Shown here: in pieces, positions 16,227 to 25,516 of the stretch | Position numbering within the stretch: position 1 is the stretch's first letter | How the letters are laid out: each line of letters opens with the position of its first letter | DNA from: Anaerolineales bacterium | Lineage (GTDB): Bacteria; Chloroflexota; Anaerolineae; Anaerolineales; UBA11858 | Length of the DNA stretch: 64,000 bases | NCBI GenBank assembly: GCA_049644605.1 | Contig: JBARSF010000058.1 | Coordinates: forward strand, 217,883 to 281,882 | Direction of reading: 5' to 3' | Program-made: the position numbers and the translations under genes | Notes under the pieces: generated by a model | The model's input: only the letters and a program-made list of their open reading frames with translations | Databases searched by the model: none | What the model was told of the DNA's origin: nothing

Positions 16227-16862
16227 ATGTTGCGGTCCCTGATACTCATCATTCTTGGAATTCCTGTAATAGCTCTTCTCCTGCATACAATCACCAGAAT
16301 CATTCGTTATTTCTATAAATTTCCCATACCGGAATTTGCTGCCAACCTGATTGATAATTCTCTGCGAAGACGCATCCAGCCTCCGGATGAAATGCCAATC
16401 CGACATGGCATCACACCCGGCATGACTGTTCTTGAAATTGGACCGGGCAACGGGACCTATACAATAGCCGCCGCCAGGAAAATCGGCGATTCAGGAAAGT
16501 TAATCACCATTGATATTGAACCAAAGATGATCCAACGGGTACAAAAGCGGGTTCAAAAGGAGGGGATAAGCAACATTGAAGCCCGGGTAGGGAATGTTTT
16601 TGATCTTCCCTTTGAGGATAACTCCTTTGATCTTGTGTACATGATAGCGGTGATTGGGGAAATTCCTACACCGGAAATGGCAATGAATGAGTTTTTCCGT
16701 GTATTAAGTCCCCAAGGATCACTGGTGTTCAGTGAGATTCTAATGGATCCGGATTATCCTCGCTCCAAAGCATTAACCCGTTTGGCTGAAAACGCTGGGT
16801 TTCAGCTGGATAAAAAAACCGGCGGCTTCTTTTCATATACACTTATTTTTACGAAGGTTTAA
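16227..16862 (+). CDS. Class I SAM-dependent methyltransferase with N-terminal TM segment
   Basis: VLEIGPGNGTYT (motif I) and DLVYMIAVIGEIP. Confidence 0.85.
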   Translation: MLRSLILIILGIPVIALLLHTITRIIRYFYKFPIPEFAANLIDNSLRRRIQPPDEMPIRHGITPGMTVLEIGPGNGTYTIAAARKIGDSGKLITIDIEPKMIQRVQKRVQKEGISNIEARVGNVFDLPFEDNSFDLVYMIAVIGEIPTPEMAMNEFFRVLSPQGSLVFSEILMDPDYPRSKALTRLAENAGFQLDKKTGGFFSYTLIFTKV

Positions 16863-16873
16863 GGGAATCTAGG

Positions 16874-17110
16874 ATGAACCAATTTCGGAGCGCAGGTTAT
16901 TTCTTTACAACTTTATTGATGTATCTGGGAATTCCCTTATTGGGATGGGGACTTGGTGGCCTGGGCGGATTTTTCCAGCTTGGTCCCCGTCTGGCCTATG
17001 GTTTGATTGATTTTTTTCTTGACGTGAAAATCGCCGGGTTCAAACGGAGAGAATCACCAACGTTGAAGCCTGAGCGGGGGATGTTTTTGATCTTCCCCGG
17101 GGCTCTTTGA
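16874..17110 (+). pseudogene. Remnant: ICMT-like N-terminus fused to a degenerate fragment of the adjacent methyltransferase gene
   Basis: The N-terminal ~47 aa resemble ICMT-family N-termini (LGIPLLGWGLGGLGGFF). nt ~17036-17100 align by eye (most positions matching) with nt ~16548-16612 of the 16227-16862 gene. Confidence 0.5.
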
Positions 17111-17247
17111 TCGCAAATCCGGGTCATCTCCTGCGGGTTTATCCGTTTTTTGCTATAATGAATTTGAGAAATTTATTGGTGGTCAAGTTGCTAAATTGAT
17201 CAGTTGAGTAGTGATTCGCCATTAAATTCATACCAGGAGAGTTTAAT

Positions 17248-18147
17248 ATGGCCGACATTTCCTCCGCTGACCGGGATTCCAACCGCTTACATTCTTATTC
17301 GCTTAACCGCCCCTTCACCCTGATAATTATCCTTTTTATTCTGGCCTATATTATAAAAATATTTGACAGTTTTATATTCCGCATTGATGAACTTGTTGGA
17401 GAAGCTATCCTGACCAAATCCCTTGGATTCCTGCTGGTTGCTGGGTATCTATGGGCATCTGGGAATAGACTTCGGGATATAGGTTTTCATAAACGTTTTG
17501 TGGGAAAAGCTCTTATTCTCACCGGAGTGAGTTTCTCAATGATCTACGTTGCGGCCTTTGTTGGCCAGTTAATCGCCTTCCAATCAGTTGGAGAAGCTGC
17601 TCGATTGACACTAACCGCAGTAGATCCAAAAACGGGAATGTCCGGGGGATTCTTATTTGCACTCTGGATGGTTTTCACCAACCTGATTAATTCAGCCATG
17701 GAAGAGGGCTTGTTCCGGGGCTTGATGATCCGCCATTTGATGATCAAGACCTCCGCCTGGGGAGCAATCTTAATATCAACTGGTTTGTTTGCAATCTGGC
17801 ATCTCAGCTGGCCAATCCGTAATTATTTGGATGGCGCTTCCACACTGGGGGAAGCAGGATTTGAAGCCGTTGGTTTACTGATTGCCACCTCTATCGCCGG
17901 TATTGTATATGGTTACCTTTACCTTAAAACAGATAACCTCTGGGCACCCTTTCTGGGGCATGTGATTAATAATACCGTTCTGAATATGCTGTACTTCAAA
18001 ACAGGAACAGGTCTGCAAGCTCCAACATCACTCGGGATATTTCTCCCGATTTTCCTACTTGGTTATTTAGCGCTACTTCCTGTTTTTAAGATTTATAGTA
18101 AACGAAATAACCTGCCCGAGACCAGTCCGTGGGGGGAAGCCGGGTAG
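17248..18147 (+). CDS. CPBP-family intramembrane glutamic endopeptidase
   Basis: EEGLFRGLMIRH, FAIWHLSW and LGHVINN motifs. Confidence 0.8.
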   Translation: MADISSADRDSNRLHSYSLNRPFTLIIILFILAYIIKIFDSFIFRIDELVGEAILTKSLGFLLVAGYLWASGNRLRDIGFHKRFVGKALILTGVSFSMIYVAAFVGQLIAFQSVGEAARLTLTAVDPKTGMSGGFLFALWMVFTNLINSAMEEGLFRGLMIRHLMIKTSAWGAILISTGLFAIWHLSWPIRNYLDGASTLGEAGFEAVGLLIATSIAGIVYGYLYLKTDNLWAPFLGHVINNTVLNMLYFKTGTGLQAPTSLGIFLPIFLLGYLALLPVFKIYSKRNNLPETSPWGEAG

Positions 18148-18156
18148 ATTTGCCAG

Positions 18157-18654
18157 ATGGTCAATATAATTAAAACTCTCCTGGATGGTTTGATCCTGTC
18201 GGTTATTGCCTCAATCTTCTTAATTATTATCTTGCGAATAAATCCAAGATTGTTCTTGCAGGACTATCCGGATGAGATCCAGAGCCAGGTCCCGCCAAAA
18301 ACAGACTCTGAAAAACGTCAATCCATCATCGCGGGCATCCCCTTTTTGGCCCTGTTGTTCGCCGTGCCTTTTATTTCCACCCTGACTCTTCAGCGCCAGT
18401 TTGGCGGCAATCTTCCTTTCCTGCAACTTTTTCTAAATGCCTTTGGAGTTGCGTTTATTTTTAATCTGGTTGACCTGATCCTGCTGGATTGGATCATGTT
18501 CTGCACCTTCACGCCCAAGTTTCTTGTAATCCCCGGCACAGAAGGAATGGCATCTTATAAGGACTATGGATATCATTTCAGGGCGTCCCTCATTGGCACC
18601 GTAATTTCAGGAATGGCCGGTTTGGGGATTGCTGGATTGGCACTTTTGTTATAA
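18157..18654 (+). CDS. Hypothetical membrane protein
   Basis: About 4 TM segments. Tightly follows the CPBP gene. Confidence 0.6.
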   Translation: MVNIIKTLLDGLILSVIASIFLIIILRINPRLFLQDYPDEIQSQVPPKTDSEKRQSIIAGIPFLALLFAVPFISTLTLQRQFGGNLPFLQLFLNAFGVAFIFNLVDLILLDWIMFCTFTPKFLVIPGTEGMASYKDYGYHFRASLIGTVISGMAGLGIAGLALLL

Positions 18655-18675
18655 GGCGAGGAGGAAAACGGACTG

Positions 18676-19032
18676 ATGAGTAAGTTATGGAAGGAAATTA
18701 AGTACGATGCAGATTTCATCAAAGGGCATACCCTGCAGCCCAAATGGTACAAGATATTAAAAGTATTCGTATTACTGGGAGTAATAATTGGGTTTCTGGT
18801 CTTATTTGGCACGTTTAAAACACTGGTCTTTTTTGGAATCTTTTTTTCCTTGAGTTTCCTGGTCCACATGCTTTACCGGATCAACACGAACAAGTTTACC
18901 CAGAGCTGGCTGGATTTTATTGTTATTGAAGAAAACGATCAGCTCAAGTACGATCGGGTCGGAATTTATTATTATTTCTTCATTCTCTTTAACCTGTTAC
19001 TCTCCTTGCTGATCACGTTTATAGTTCTCTGA
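18676..19032 (+). CDS. Hypothetical membrane protein
   Basis: 3 hydrophobic helices. RBS GAGGAGGA upstream. Confidence 0.55.
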   Translation: MSKLWKEIKYDADFIKGHTLQPKWYKILKVFVLLGVIIGFLVLFGTFKTLVFFGIFFSLSFLVHMLYRINTNKFTQSWLDFIVIEENDQLKYDRVGIYYYFFILFNLLLSLLITFIVL

Positions 19033-19214
19033 ATTCTAATGGGGCTGCCCCAAACGAGAGAAGAAATGAACAGGGTGGACAACAGTAGTCATTACCCCTT
19101 TTCTTAATAGTCTGTATTCTTATCTGGATTTTCCCAATAACTAGCTGTTTTCCATCAATTCGCGTGCTATCATAGAAAGGGAAGGAAATCCGGTTTTCAC
19201 GGTGAGGAGTTTAC

Positions 19215-19424
19215 ATGAAGAGAACCAATTTAATATCTATCGGGCTATTCGTTTTTATACTCGCTGATTTATTCTTGATGGCTCCTAAAACGGCATTTGC
19301 CCGGGATGTTATGGGACTGGTTCCCACTTCCGAGCAATCTCAAACCATGAACTGGATTATGATGGTTGTCGGGTTGATTGTCATGGTAGTCCCCCTGCTG
19401 TGGTATTTTCGCAAGAAGAAGTAA
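19215..19424 (+). CDS. Mini-protein: signal peptide + short linker + C-terminal TM helix + RKKK tail
   Basis: RBS GGTGAGGAG. MKRTNLISIGLFVFILADLFLMAPKTAFA / RDVMGLVPTSEQSQTMN / WIMMVVGLIVMVVPLLWYF RKKK. Confidence 0.45.
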   Translation: MKRTNLISIGLFVFILADLFLMAPKTAFARDVMGLVPTSEQSQTMNWIMMVVGLIVMVVPLLWYFRKKK

Positions 19425-19468
19425 GAATCCGGGCAAGTGATCTGGCAGTCGAAGCATAGTTTGTTGGT

Positions 19469-19990
19469 ATGTTGATGACAATGAAAAAAATCACCCTAAT
19501 GAAACCAGAACATTGGCCGGTAGTGAAAAAGATATATCAGGAAGGCATCAATACCGGCAATGCAACATTTCAAGATTCGCCTCCACAGACCTGGGAAGAA
19601 TGGTCCGACAGGCATATCTCAAATTGCTCTATCGTTTGCCTGGTAGATGATCGTGTCATAGGATGGGCAGCAGTCTCCCCTGTCTCTGACAGGAGTGTAT
19701 ATCAGGGTATTGGAGAAGCCAGCGTATATGTAACAGCAGAATACTGGAGAATGGGAATTGGAGAGCGGTTATTAAGGAACTTGATCACCAAATCTGAACA
19801 GGAAGGATATTGGACTTTACAAGCCGGAATTTTTCCCGAAAATAAAAGCAGCCTACAGCTGCACCAGAAACTTGGATTTCAAGTGGTTGGCACTCGAGAA
19901 AAAATCGGAAAGATGAATTATGGTCATTTATCCGGGACATGGCGAGATGTCCTGTTATTGGAACGCAGAAGCACAGAAGTTGGGAATTAA
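19469..19990 (+). CDS. GNAT N-acetyltransferase (phosphinothricin-acetyltransferase-like)
   Basis: IYQEGINTGNATFQ...GIGEASVYV...GIGERLL...GFQVVGTREKIGKM..G.WRDVLLLERRS. Alternative starts at 19475 and 19481. Confidence 0.85.
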   Translation: MLMTMKKITLMKPEHWPVVKKIYQEGINTGNATFQDSPPQTWEEWSDRHISNCSIVCLVDDRVIGWAAVSPVSDRSVYQGIGEASVYVTAEYWRMGIGERLLRNLITKSEQEGYWTLQAGIFPENKSSLQLHQKLGFQVVGTREKIGKMNYGHLSGTWRDVLLLERRSTEVGN

Positions 19991-20104
19991 TGAGTCTGAT
20001 TATCCGCCAGAAAACTGATAACTACGCCAGGTCGGCAAAAAGTAATGTTACGGATTCGAGATTGATTGCCCACAATTGATCAGGATCTGTCAGGGGAGGC
20101 GCTC

Positions 20105-20557
20105 ATGAAACCGGGAGAATTATTCTTCCACTGGGAACATATTAGGAAAGGACTCATCTCCACGATCAACGCCTTTACGGAGGAAGATTTTGGTTATGTC
20201 CTGTATCCAGGATCCTGGACAGTCGGGAGAATTATGCTGCACATCGCCGGCGCAGAAGATTATTGGTTGAGATACGTTGTGACAAGAGAGCTCAAAGAGT
20301 GGCCAGAGAATTATACACTCGAAAATTACCCTGACAAAGAGTCCATTCTCCAGGTGCTTAGTGAAGTTCATACCCGGACAACAGAGTATCTTGGAACCCT
20401 CACTGAAGATGATTTGTCCGCGATAGTAAAAACTCCCTGGGAATCCGAGCTGCCCTTGTTGTGGATCATCTGGCATGTGGTTGAACATGAAATTCACCAT
20501 CGGGGAGAATTATCATTAATCCTGGGGACCCTGGGTAGGGAAGGATTAGATGTTTAA
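20105..20557 (+). CDS. DinB-family protein
   Basis: ATG 20105 after GGGGAGG. HIAGAEDYWL and WHVVEHEIHHRGEL metal-binding His pattern. Confidence 0.85.
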   Translation: MKPGELFFHWEHIRKGLISTINAFTEEDFGYVLYPGSWTVGRIMLHIAGAEDYWLRYVVTRELKEWPENYTLENYPDKESILQVLSEVHTRTTEYLGTLTEDDLSAIVKTPWESELPLLWIIWHVVEHEIHHRGELSLILGTLGREGLDV

Positions 20558-20575
20558 TGATAAGGGTTATGTTGC

Positions 20576-21094
20576 ATGGGTGATATAGTAGATAGATTAA
20601 AGGGTGGAGATTTACGCTCCATCGGGCGAGCCAACGAGGTAGCGGAAGAGGTTATCAACAACCTGGATTTATTTGATGACCTGTTTAAAGGCATCAATAA
20701 CGAAGATCCTGTTGTCAGGATGCGGGCAGCTGATGCTGTTGAAAAGGTCACGAAGAGACACCCGGAGTACCTTATACCCTATAAAACAGTGTTATTAGGA
20801 CAGGCAGCAGGCTTAAAACAGCAGGAAGTCCGCTGGCACGTCGCTCAACTCCTTCCGCGATTAATATTGGATGAAAACGAAAAGAGCAAAGCAGTCGAGA
20901 TCCTTTTTGAATACCTGGAGGACCAAAGCAGGATTGTGCAAACAAACGCTCTCCAGGCCCTGGTTGATCTGGCAATGAGAAATGCCGTTTTACTGCCCCG
21001 GGTAATGGATGTAGTGGAAAGGTTGTCCCAGACCGGAAGTGCGGCAGTTAAGAACCGGGCACTGAAGCTATTAGAGAAACTGAAGGCTGGTTAA
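20576..21094 (+). CDS. HEAT/ARM-like repeat protein
   Basis: All-helical repeats with D.VRMRAADA / VRWHVAQLL / IVQTNALQAL patterns. Confidence 0.55.
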   Translation: MGDIVDRLKGGDLRSIGRANEVAEEVINNLDLFDDLFKGINNEDPVVRMRAADAVEKVTKRHPEYLIPYKTVLLGQAAGLKQQEVRWHVAQLLPRLILDENEKSKAVEILFEYLEDQSRIVQTNALQALVDLAMRNAVLLPRVMDVVERLSQTGSAAVKNRALKLLEKLKAG

Positions 21095-21101
21095 AAACGA
21101 C

Positions 21102-22337
21102 ATGCATATCACCATGCTTGCCCTGGGATCCCGGGGTGATATCCAGCCCTATGCGGTTCTGGGGAGCGGACTGAAGAAAAAAGGCCATCAGGTCCGTTTT
21201 ATTACTCTAGAAAATTTCTCTGACTTAATTGCTGATTGCGGGCTTGATTTTTATTCCCTGCCAGGCGATGCGCAGTCCCTGGTTGCCAGTGCAGGACCAA
21301 ATATGACCGCGCTGATCCGGTCGTTTGGATTACTGGCGAAAAGTTACCCAGCAGACTTGTCAGATCCCCTCCTGGGAGAAACCGAGCTGATTATCAACCA
21401 GCTCCCGGGAGGATTATTTGGTTTTGATCTGGCAGAAAAGTATCGTCTTCCAATGGTTTTGGCAGCGGTAATTCCCCTGGCGCGGACTAAAGCATTCCCG
21501 TTGATGGGATTTCCCAACCTGCCCTGGGAGAGCTACAACAACTGGACCTATTCCGTAGGGGAACATGCGCTGTGGTTCCTATTTCGCCGGACGATAAACC
21601 GCAGATGGCGGAAAAAAACCCTCAATTTGCCATCAGTATCAAAGTCCACATATTTTAACTCCATAGGAACAAATCAAATTCCAATTATCAATGGATTCAG
21701 CCCTGCTGTAGTTTCACGCCCTGAGGATTGGGGGGAAAACATTCATCTTACAGGCTATTGGTATCCAGAAGAGAAAACCTGGTGCCCCCCGCCAGAATTG
21801 CTGGCATTCCTTGAATCAGGACCTCCTCCAGTTTTTATTGGATTCGGAAGCATGCCGATCAAAAACCCATCAAAAACAACCAGGGTTATTCTTGACGCTC
21901 TTCAACAAACCGGGCAGCGCGGCATTTTACATACCGGATGGGGTGAGCTTGGTAAACAATCGCTTCCAGACCACATCTATAAGATAGATTACGCCCCCTA
22001 CAGTTGGTTATTTACCCGGATGGGGATGGTGATTCACCACGGTGGATCAGGGACAACAGCTTTTGGCTTACGGGCCGGAGTTCCATCCTGTGCGATCCCA
22101 TTCGTGTTTGACCAGCATTTTTGGGGAAACCGCATTGCGGATTTGGGAGCTGGACCCAAACCTCTTCGATTTAAAGACTTGACAGCTGATCGGTTAGCGC
22201 AAGTTATTCAGCTGGGCACAAGCAGTACTCGGATTCGCAAAAATGCAGCTGCGCTTGGGGCAAAAATCAGTGCAGAAGATGGAATTAAAAATGCCATCAC
22301 TGTGATTGAAGGACTCTATGCAGCGAGGAGCAAATAA
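21102..22337 (+). CDS. Glycosyltransferase family 1 (UDP-glycosyltransferase / MGT-sterol-GT-like)
   Basis: N-terminus [13 protein letters not shown]-terminus [17 protein letters not shown]...DQHFWG. Confidence 0.85.
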   Translation: MHITMLALGSRGDIQPYAVLGSGLKKKGHQVRFITLENFSDLIADCGLDFYSLPGDAQSLVASAGPNMTALIRSFGLLAKSYPADLSDPLLGETELIINQLPGGLFGFDLAEKYRLPMVLAAVIPLARTKAFPLMGFPNLPWESYNNWTYSVGEHALWFLFRRTINRRWRKKTLNLPSVSKSTYFNSIGTNQIPIINGFSPAVVSRPEDWGENIHLTGYWYPEEKTWCPPPELLAFLESGPPPVFIGFGSMPIKNPSKTTRVILDALQQTGQRGILHTGWGELGKQSLPDHIYKIDYAPYSWLFTRMGMVIHHGGSGTTAFGLRAGVPSCAIPFVFDQHFWGNRIADLGAGPKPLRFKDLTADRLAQVIQLGTSSTRIRKNAAALGAKISAEDGIKNAITVIEGLYAARSK

Positions 22338-22380
22338 CACCAGCAAAAGCAGCAGGATAGTTAGATTGGAGAAATCAATA

Positions 22381-22752
22381 ATGAATAAAATATCCCATAA
22401 TCCCCTCACCCCGGAAGAAGAAAAAGTTATTCTTCAAAAAGGGACAGAGCCGCCCTTTAGCGGAGAATATGACAACTTCTACGAAAAAGGGTCTTATCAT
22501 TGTAAACAGTGCAATGCTTTGCTTTATCAATCGGCTGACAAGTTTAAATCCGGCTGCGGATGGCCGAGTTTTGATGACGAGATCAAAGGTGCGGTAAAAA
22601 GACAGCTCGATCGGGATGGAAGACGTACCGAGATTCTCTGCACTGCGTGCGGAGGTCATCTGGGCCACGTATTCGAAGGCGAACAATTAACAGAAAAGAA
22701 TACCAGGCATTGTGTCAATTCGATTTCCTTAGTTTTTGTTCCGGAGAAATAA
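22381..22752 (+). CDS. msrB: Peptide-methionine (R)-S-oxide reductase
   Basis: Two CxxC pairs (CKQC, CTAC), GCGWPSF and RHCVNS. The track ORF was trimmed to ATG 22381. Confidence 0.9.
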   Translation: MNKISHNPLTPEEEKVILQKGTEPPFSGEYDNFYEKGSYHCKQCNALLYQSADKFKSGCGWPSFDDEIKGAVKRQLDRDGRRTEILCTACGGHLGHVFEGEQLTEKNTRHCVNSISLVFVPEK

Positions 22753-22754
22753 AT

Positions 22755-23240
22755 ATGGCAAATATAAAAGCTTATTTTGCAGGGGGTTGTTTTTGGGGGG
22801 TAGAGCACCTCTTTCAACAAAAAGAAGGTGTGATATCCGCGGTATCCGGCTATATGGGCGGATCACTAGAAAATCCAACCTATCAGGACGTTCTGACCGG
22901 CAGGACCGGACACCTGGAAGCGGTTGAAGTCACCTACGATCCTGCCCGGGTGACCTATGAAGAACTGACCAAGTTTTTCTTTGAGATCCACGACCCAACC
23001 CAGGTTAATGGACAGGGTCCCGATATCGGAGCACAATATTTATCGGCAGTTTTTTGTTCTAACCAGGAAGAGAAACAGATAGCGCAAGAGTTAATCAATA
23101 TCCTGCAATCCAAGGGATATGATATGGCCACCAAATTAATTTCGGTGGAGACTTTCTGGACGGCAGAAGAGTACCATCAAGATTATTATCTAAAGAAGAA
23201 TCAGCAGCCCTATTGTCACGTGTATAAGAAAAAGTTCTAA
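22755..23240 (+). CDS. msrA: Peptide-methionine (S)-S-oxide reductase
   Basis: AYFAGGCFWGVEHLF, GHLEAVEVTYDP and EYHQDYY. ATG lies 2 nt after the msrB stop. Confidence 0.9.
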   Translation: MANIKAYFAGGCFWGVEHLFQQKEGVISAVSGYMGGSLENPTYQDVLTGRTGHLEAVEVTYDPARVTYEELTKFFFEIHDPTQVNGQGPDIGAQYLSAVFCSNQEEKQIAQELINILQSKGYDMATKLISVETFWTAEEYHQDYYLKKNQQPYCHVYKKKF

Positions 23241-23304
23241 ATCACCAAAAATAGTATAAAATAGGTAGGCTTACCAGTATAAGATTTAATGTTTGGAGGT
23301 TTTT

Positions 23305-24105
23305 ATGGGTAAAGCCAATGAAGAGCAAATTCGAAAAGCAGTCAAAGAACGGTATGGGGATATTGCCAGGACTGACATTTCAGGTTGTTGTGGATCATCA
23401 GAAGGCAGCGAAAAAAAATCATCTCCCTTGCTGATGTATGATAAACAAGCCTTTCAAATGGGATATTCTTCAGAAGACCTCTCCAGTGTTCCCGATGGCG
23501 CCAATCTAAACCTTGGCTGCGGGAATCCGGGGGCTATTGCCGCGCTTCAAGAGGGAGAAACGGTATTAGACCTGGGCAGTGGAGCCGGGTTTGACAGTTT
23601 TCTGTCCGCCAATAAGGTTGGTCCAACAGGCCGAGTTATCGGGATTGATATGACACCCGATATGATCACCAAAGCCGAGGAGAATGCAGAAAAAGGAGCT
23701 TACAAAAATGTGGAATTCCGCTTGGGTGAAATCGAGAAACTTCCGGTCGAGGACGGTATTGTGGATGTGATTTTATCCAATTGTGTCATCAACCTCTCAC
23801 CAGATAAACCCAGCGTATTCCGGGAAGCCTATCGTGTCCTAAAGCCGGGTGGACGCTTGGCAATCTCCGACATTGTGGCCACGGCCGAGATACCGGAAGA
23901 GTATAAAAATGATTTAGCTCTCTACTCTGCCTGTGTGTCAGGTGCCCTAATGGTATCTGACCTGGAGGGGATCCTGGCAGAGGCAGGTTTTCGCGAAATT
24001 CAAATCAAGCCCAAAGACGAAAGCCGGGTTTTTATCCGGGAATGGAATGAGGAGATCCCCCTGGCGGAATTTATTCAGTCTGCCACTATCGAAGCTCGAA
24101 AATAA
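23305..24105 (+). CDS. arsM: Arsenite S-adenosylmethionine methyltransferase-like
   Basis: VKERYGDIA...CCG N-terminus, GCGNPG, LDLGSGAGFD, NCVINLSPDK, and Cys in YSACVSGA. Confidence 0.75.
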   Translation: MGKANEEQIRKAVKERYGDIARTDISGCCGSSEGSEKKSSPLLMYDKQAFQMGYSSEDLSSVPDGANLNLGCGNPGAIAALQEGETVLDLGSGAGFDSFLSANKVGPTGRVIGIDMTPDMITKAEENAEKGAYKNVEFRLGEIEKLPVEDGIVDVILSNCVINLSPDKPSVFREAYRVLKPGGRLAISDIVATAEIPEEYKNDLALYSACVSGALMVSDLEGILAEAGFREIQIKPKDESRVFIREWNEEIPLAEFIQSATIEARK

Positions 24106-24130
24106 TACCGAAAATCAAAGGAAAGAACTG

Positions 24131-24172
24131 ACCGCCCCATTACAGAGCTATTTGTGTGAGGGCGGTTTTTTA
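24131..24172 (+). terminator. Rho-independent terminator after arsM
   Basis: ACCGCCC ... GGGCGGT followed by TTTTTT. Confidence 0.6.
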
Positions 24173-24250
24173 TTGTACAATTCGCTTCCTATTTCAATAT
24201 TTAGGGGTATTATTGAATCAGCTTCCTGAACCACAGATAGGAGATGGAGC

Positions 24251-24895
24251 ATGCGAACAATTGACATGGAAACCTGGCCCCGCCGGGATCATTATCAATT
24301 TTTCTCTACTTTCGAATATCCTCATTTCAGCCTTTGTGCGGACCTGGATATAACCACATTTCTTCCTTTTCTTAAGAACAGGAAAATTTCCTTCACGGCG
24401 GCGATCATGTACCTCATAGCGCGAACAGCAAATTCCATCCCGGAATTTCGCCAGCGCGTCAGAGAAGGAAATCCGATTGAATATGATGTGGTCCACCCTT
24501 CAGCGACCATTTTAACCAAAGATGACCTTTTTAGTTTCTGCACTGTACTGTACAACCAAAATTTTATAAAGTTCGTGAACGAGGCAGAAGAGGAAATAGT
24601 CCGGGTAAAAACAGAGCCATACATCCAAGAAAAGATCCAGGATGACAGCGCGCTATTCATGACTTCCATTCCCTGGGTTTCTTTTACCAGTTTTATGCAT
24701 CCGCTGAAACTTAATCCGGCCGATTCTGTCCCGCGTTTTGCCTGGGGGAAATACAAACAAACGGGTGAAAAGACTCTCATGCCGCTCAGCGTTCAAGCGC
24801 ATCATGCTGTGGTGGATGGCCTGCACGCGGGCAGGTTTTATGATCAATTCCAAAAACTTTTAGATCAACCAGAGTCCTTGATGATTGAGAAATAA
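24251..24895 (+). CDS. Type-A chloramphenicol O-acetyltransferase-like (CatA family)
   Basis: W.RRDHYQFF, IPWVSFTSF and SVQAHHAVVDGLHAGRF (catalytic His motif). Confidence 0.85.
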   Translation: MRTIDMETWPRRDHYQFFSTFEYPHFSLCADLDITTFLPFLKNRKISFTAAIMYLIARTANSIPEFRQRVREGNPIEYDVVHPSATILTKDDLFSFCTVLYNQNFIKFVNEAEEEIVRVKTEPYIQEKIQDDSALFMTSIPWVSFTSFMHPLKLNPADSVPRFAWGKYKQTGEKTLMPLSVQAHHAVVDGLHAGRFYDQFQKLLDQPESLMIEK

Positions 24896-24951
24896 TATTT
24901 TCACAACTCAGGTATAATTGTTAAAAGTATCAAATTCCTAAGGAGAGAAAG

Positions 24952-25449
24952 ATGTACGAAAAAAGCATTGAATTACTAAATAAGGCAGTTGCGGATGAAA
25001 TGTACGCAGTTCATCAGTATATGTACTTCCACTTCCACTGCGAAGACCAGGGGTATGCTCTTCTGGCTGGGCTGTTTATTCGGACCGCGATCGAGGAAAT
25101 GGATCATATCGAACGCTGTGCCGAGCGGATTATCTTTCTTGGCGGCGATGTTGAAATGCTTGCCGCGGAAGAAGTGAAAAAAGTCCAAGATGTAAAAAAG
25201 ATGCTGGAACAAGCCCGCAAAATGGAAGCAGACAGCGTTAAAGACTATAACATCTGGGCTAATGAGTGTTCAGCTAACAATGATGCCGGATCCCGGATAA
25301 TATTTGAAGGTTTGGTGGCTGATGAGGAACGCCATTGGTCTCAGTATGATGATGAAGTTCTAAAGATTGAAAAATTTGGGGAGAACTACCTGGCATTACA
25401 ATCTATTGAAGGCAGCAAGAATTTGGCAGAGGGAGCAGAAGCCCAATAA
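24952..25449 (+). CDS. Bacterioferritin-like ferritin-superfamily protein
   Basis: NKAVADEMYAVHQY..., IEEMDHIERCAERI and DEERHWSQ di-iron ligand pattern. Confidence 0.8.
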   Translation: MYEKSIELLNKAVADEMYAVHQYMYFHFHCEDQGYALLAGLFIRTAIEEMDHIERCAERIIFLGGDVEMLAAEEVKKVQDVKKMLEQARKMEADSVKDYNIWANECSANNDAGSRIIFEGLVADEERHWSQYDDEVLKIEKFGENYLALQSIEGSKNLAEGAEAQ

Positions 25450-25459
25450 AAAAACAAGA

Positions 25460-25493
25460 ATGGGCCGCTGTTTCAGGCGGCCCATTTTTATTT
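25460..25493 (+). terminator. Rho-independent terminator after the bacterioferritin-like gene
   Basis: ATGGGCCGC-N8-GCGGCCCAT followed by TTTTTATTT. Confidence 0.8.
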
Positions 25494-25516
25494 AATCTTA
25501 CAGAAAGGAATTGAAG

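Noticed and set aside
22647-22754. Track ORF 22647-23240 gives msrA a 36-aa N-terminal extension overlapping msrB.
   Set aside because: The conserved MsrA N-terminus (AYFAGGCFWG) begins right after ATG 22755. The extension lies in another frame of msrB and has no homology.
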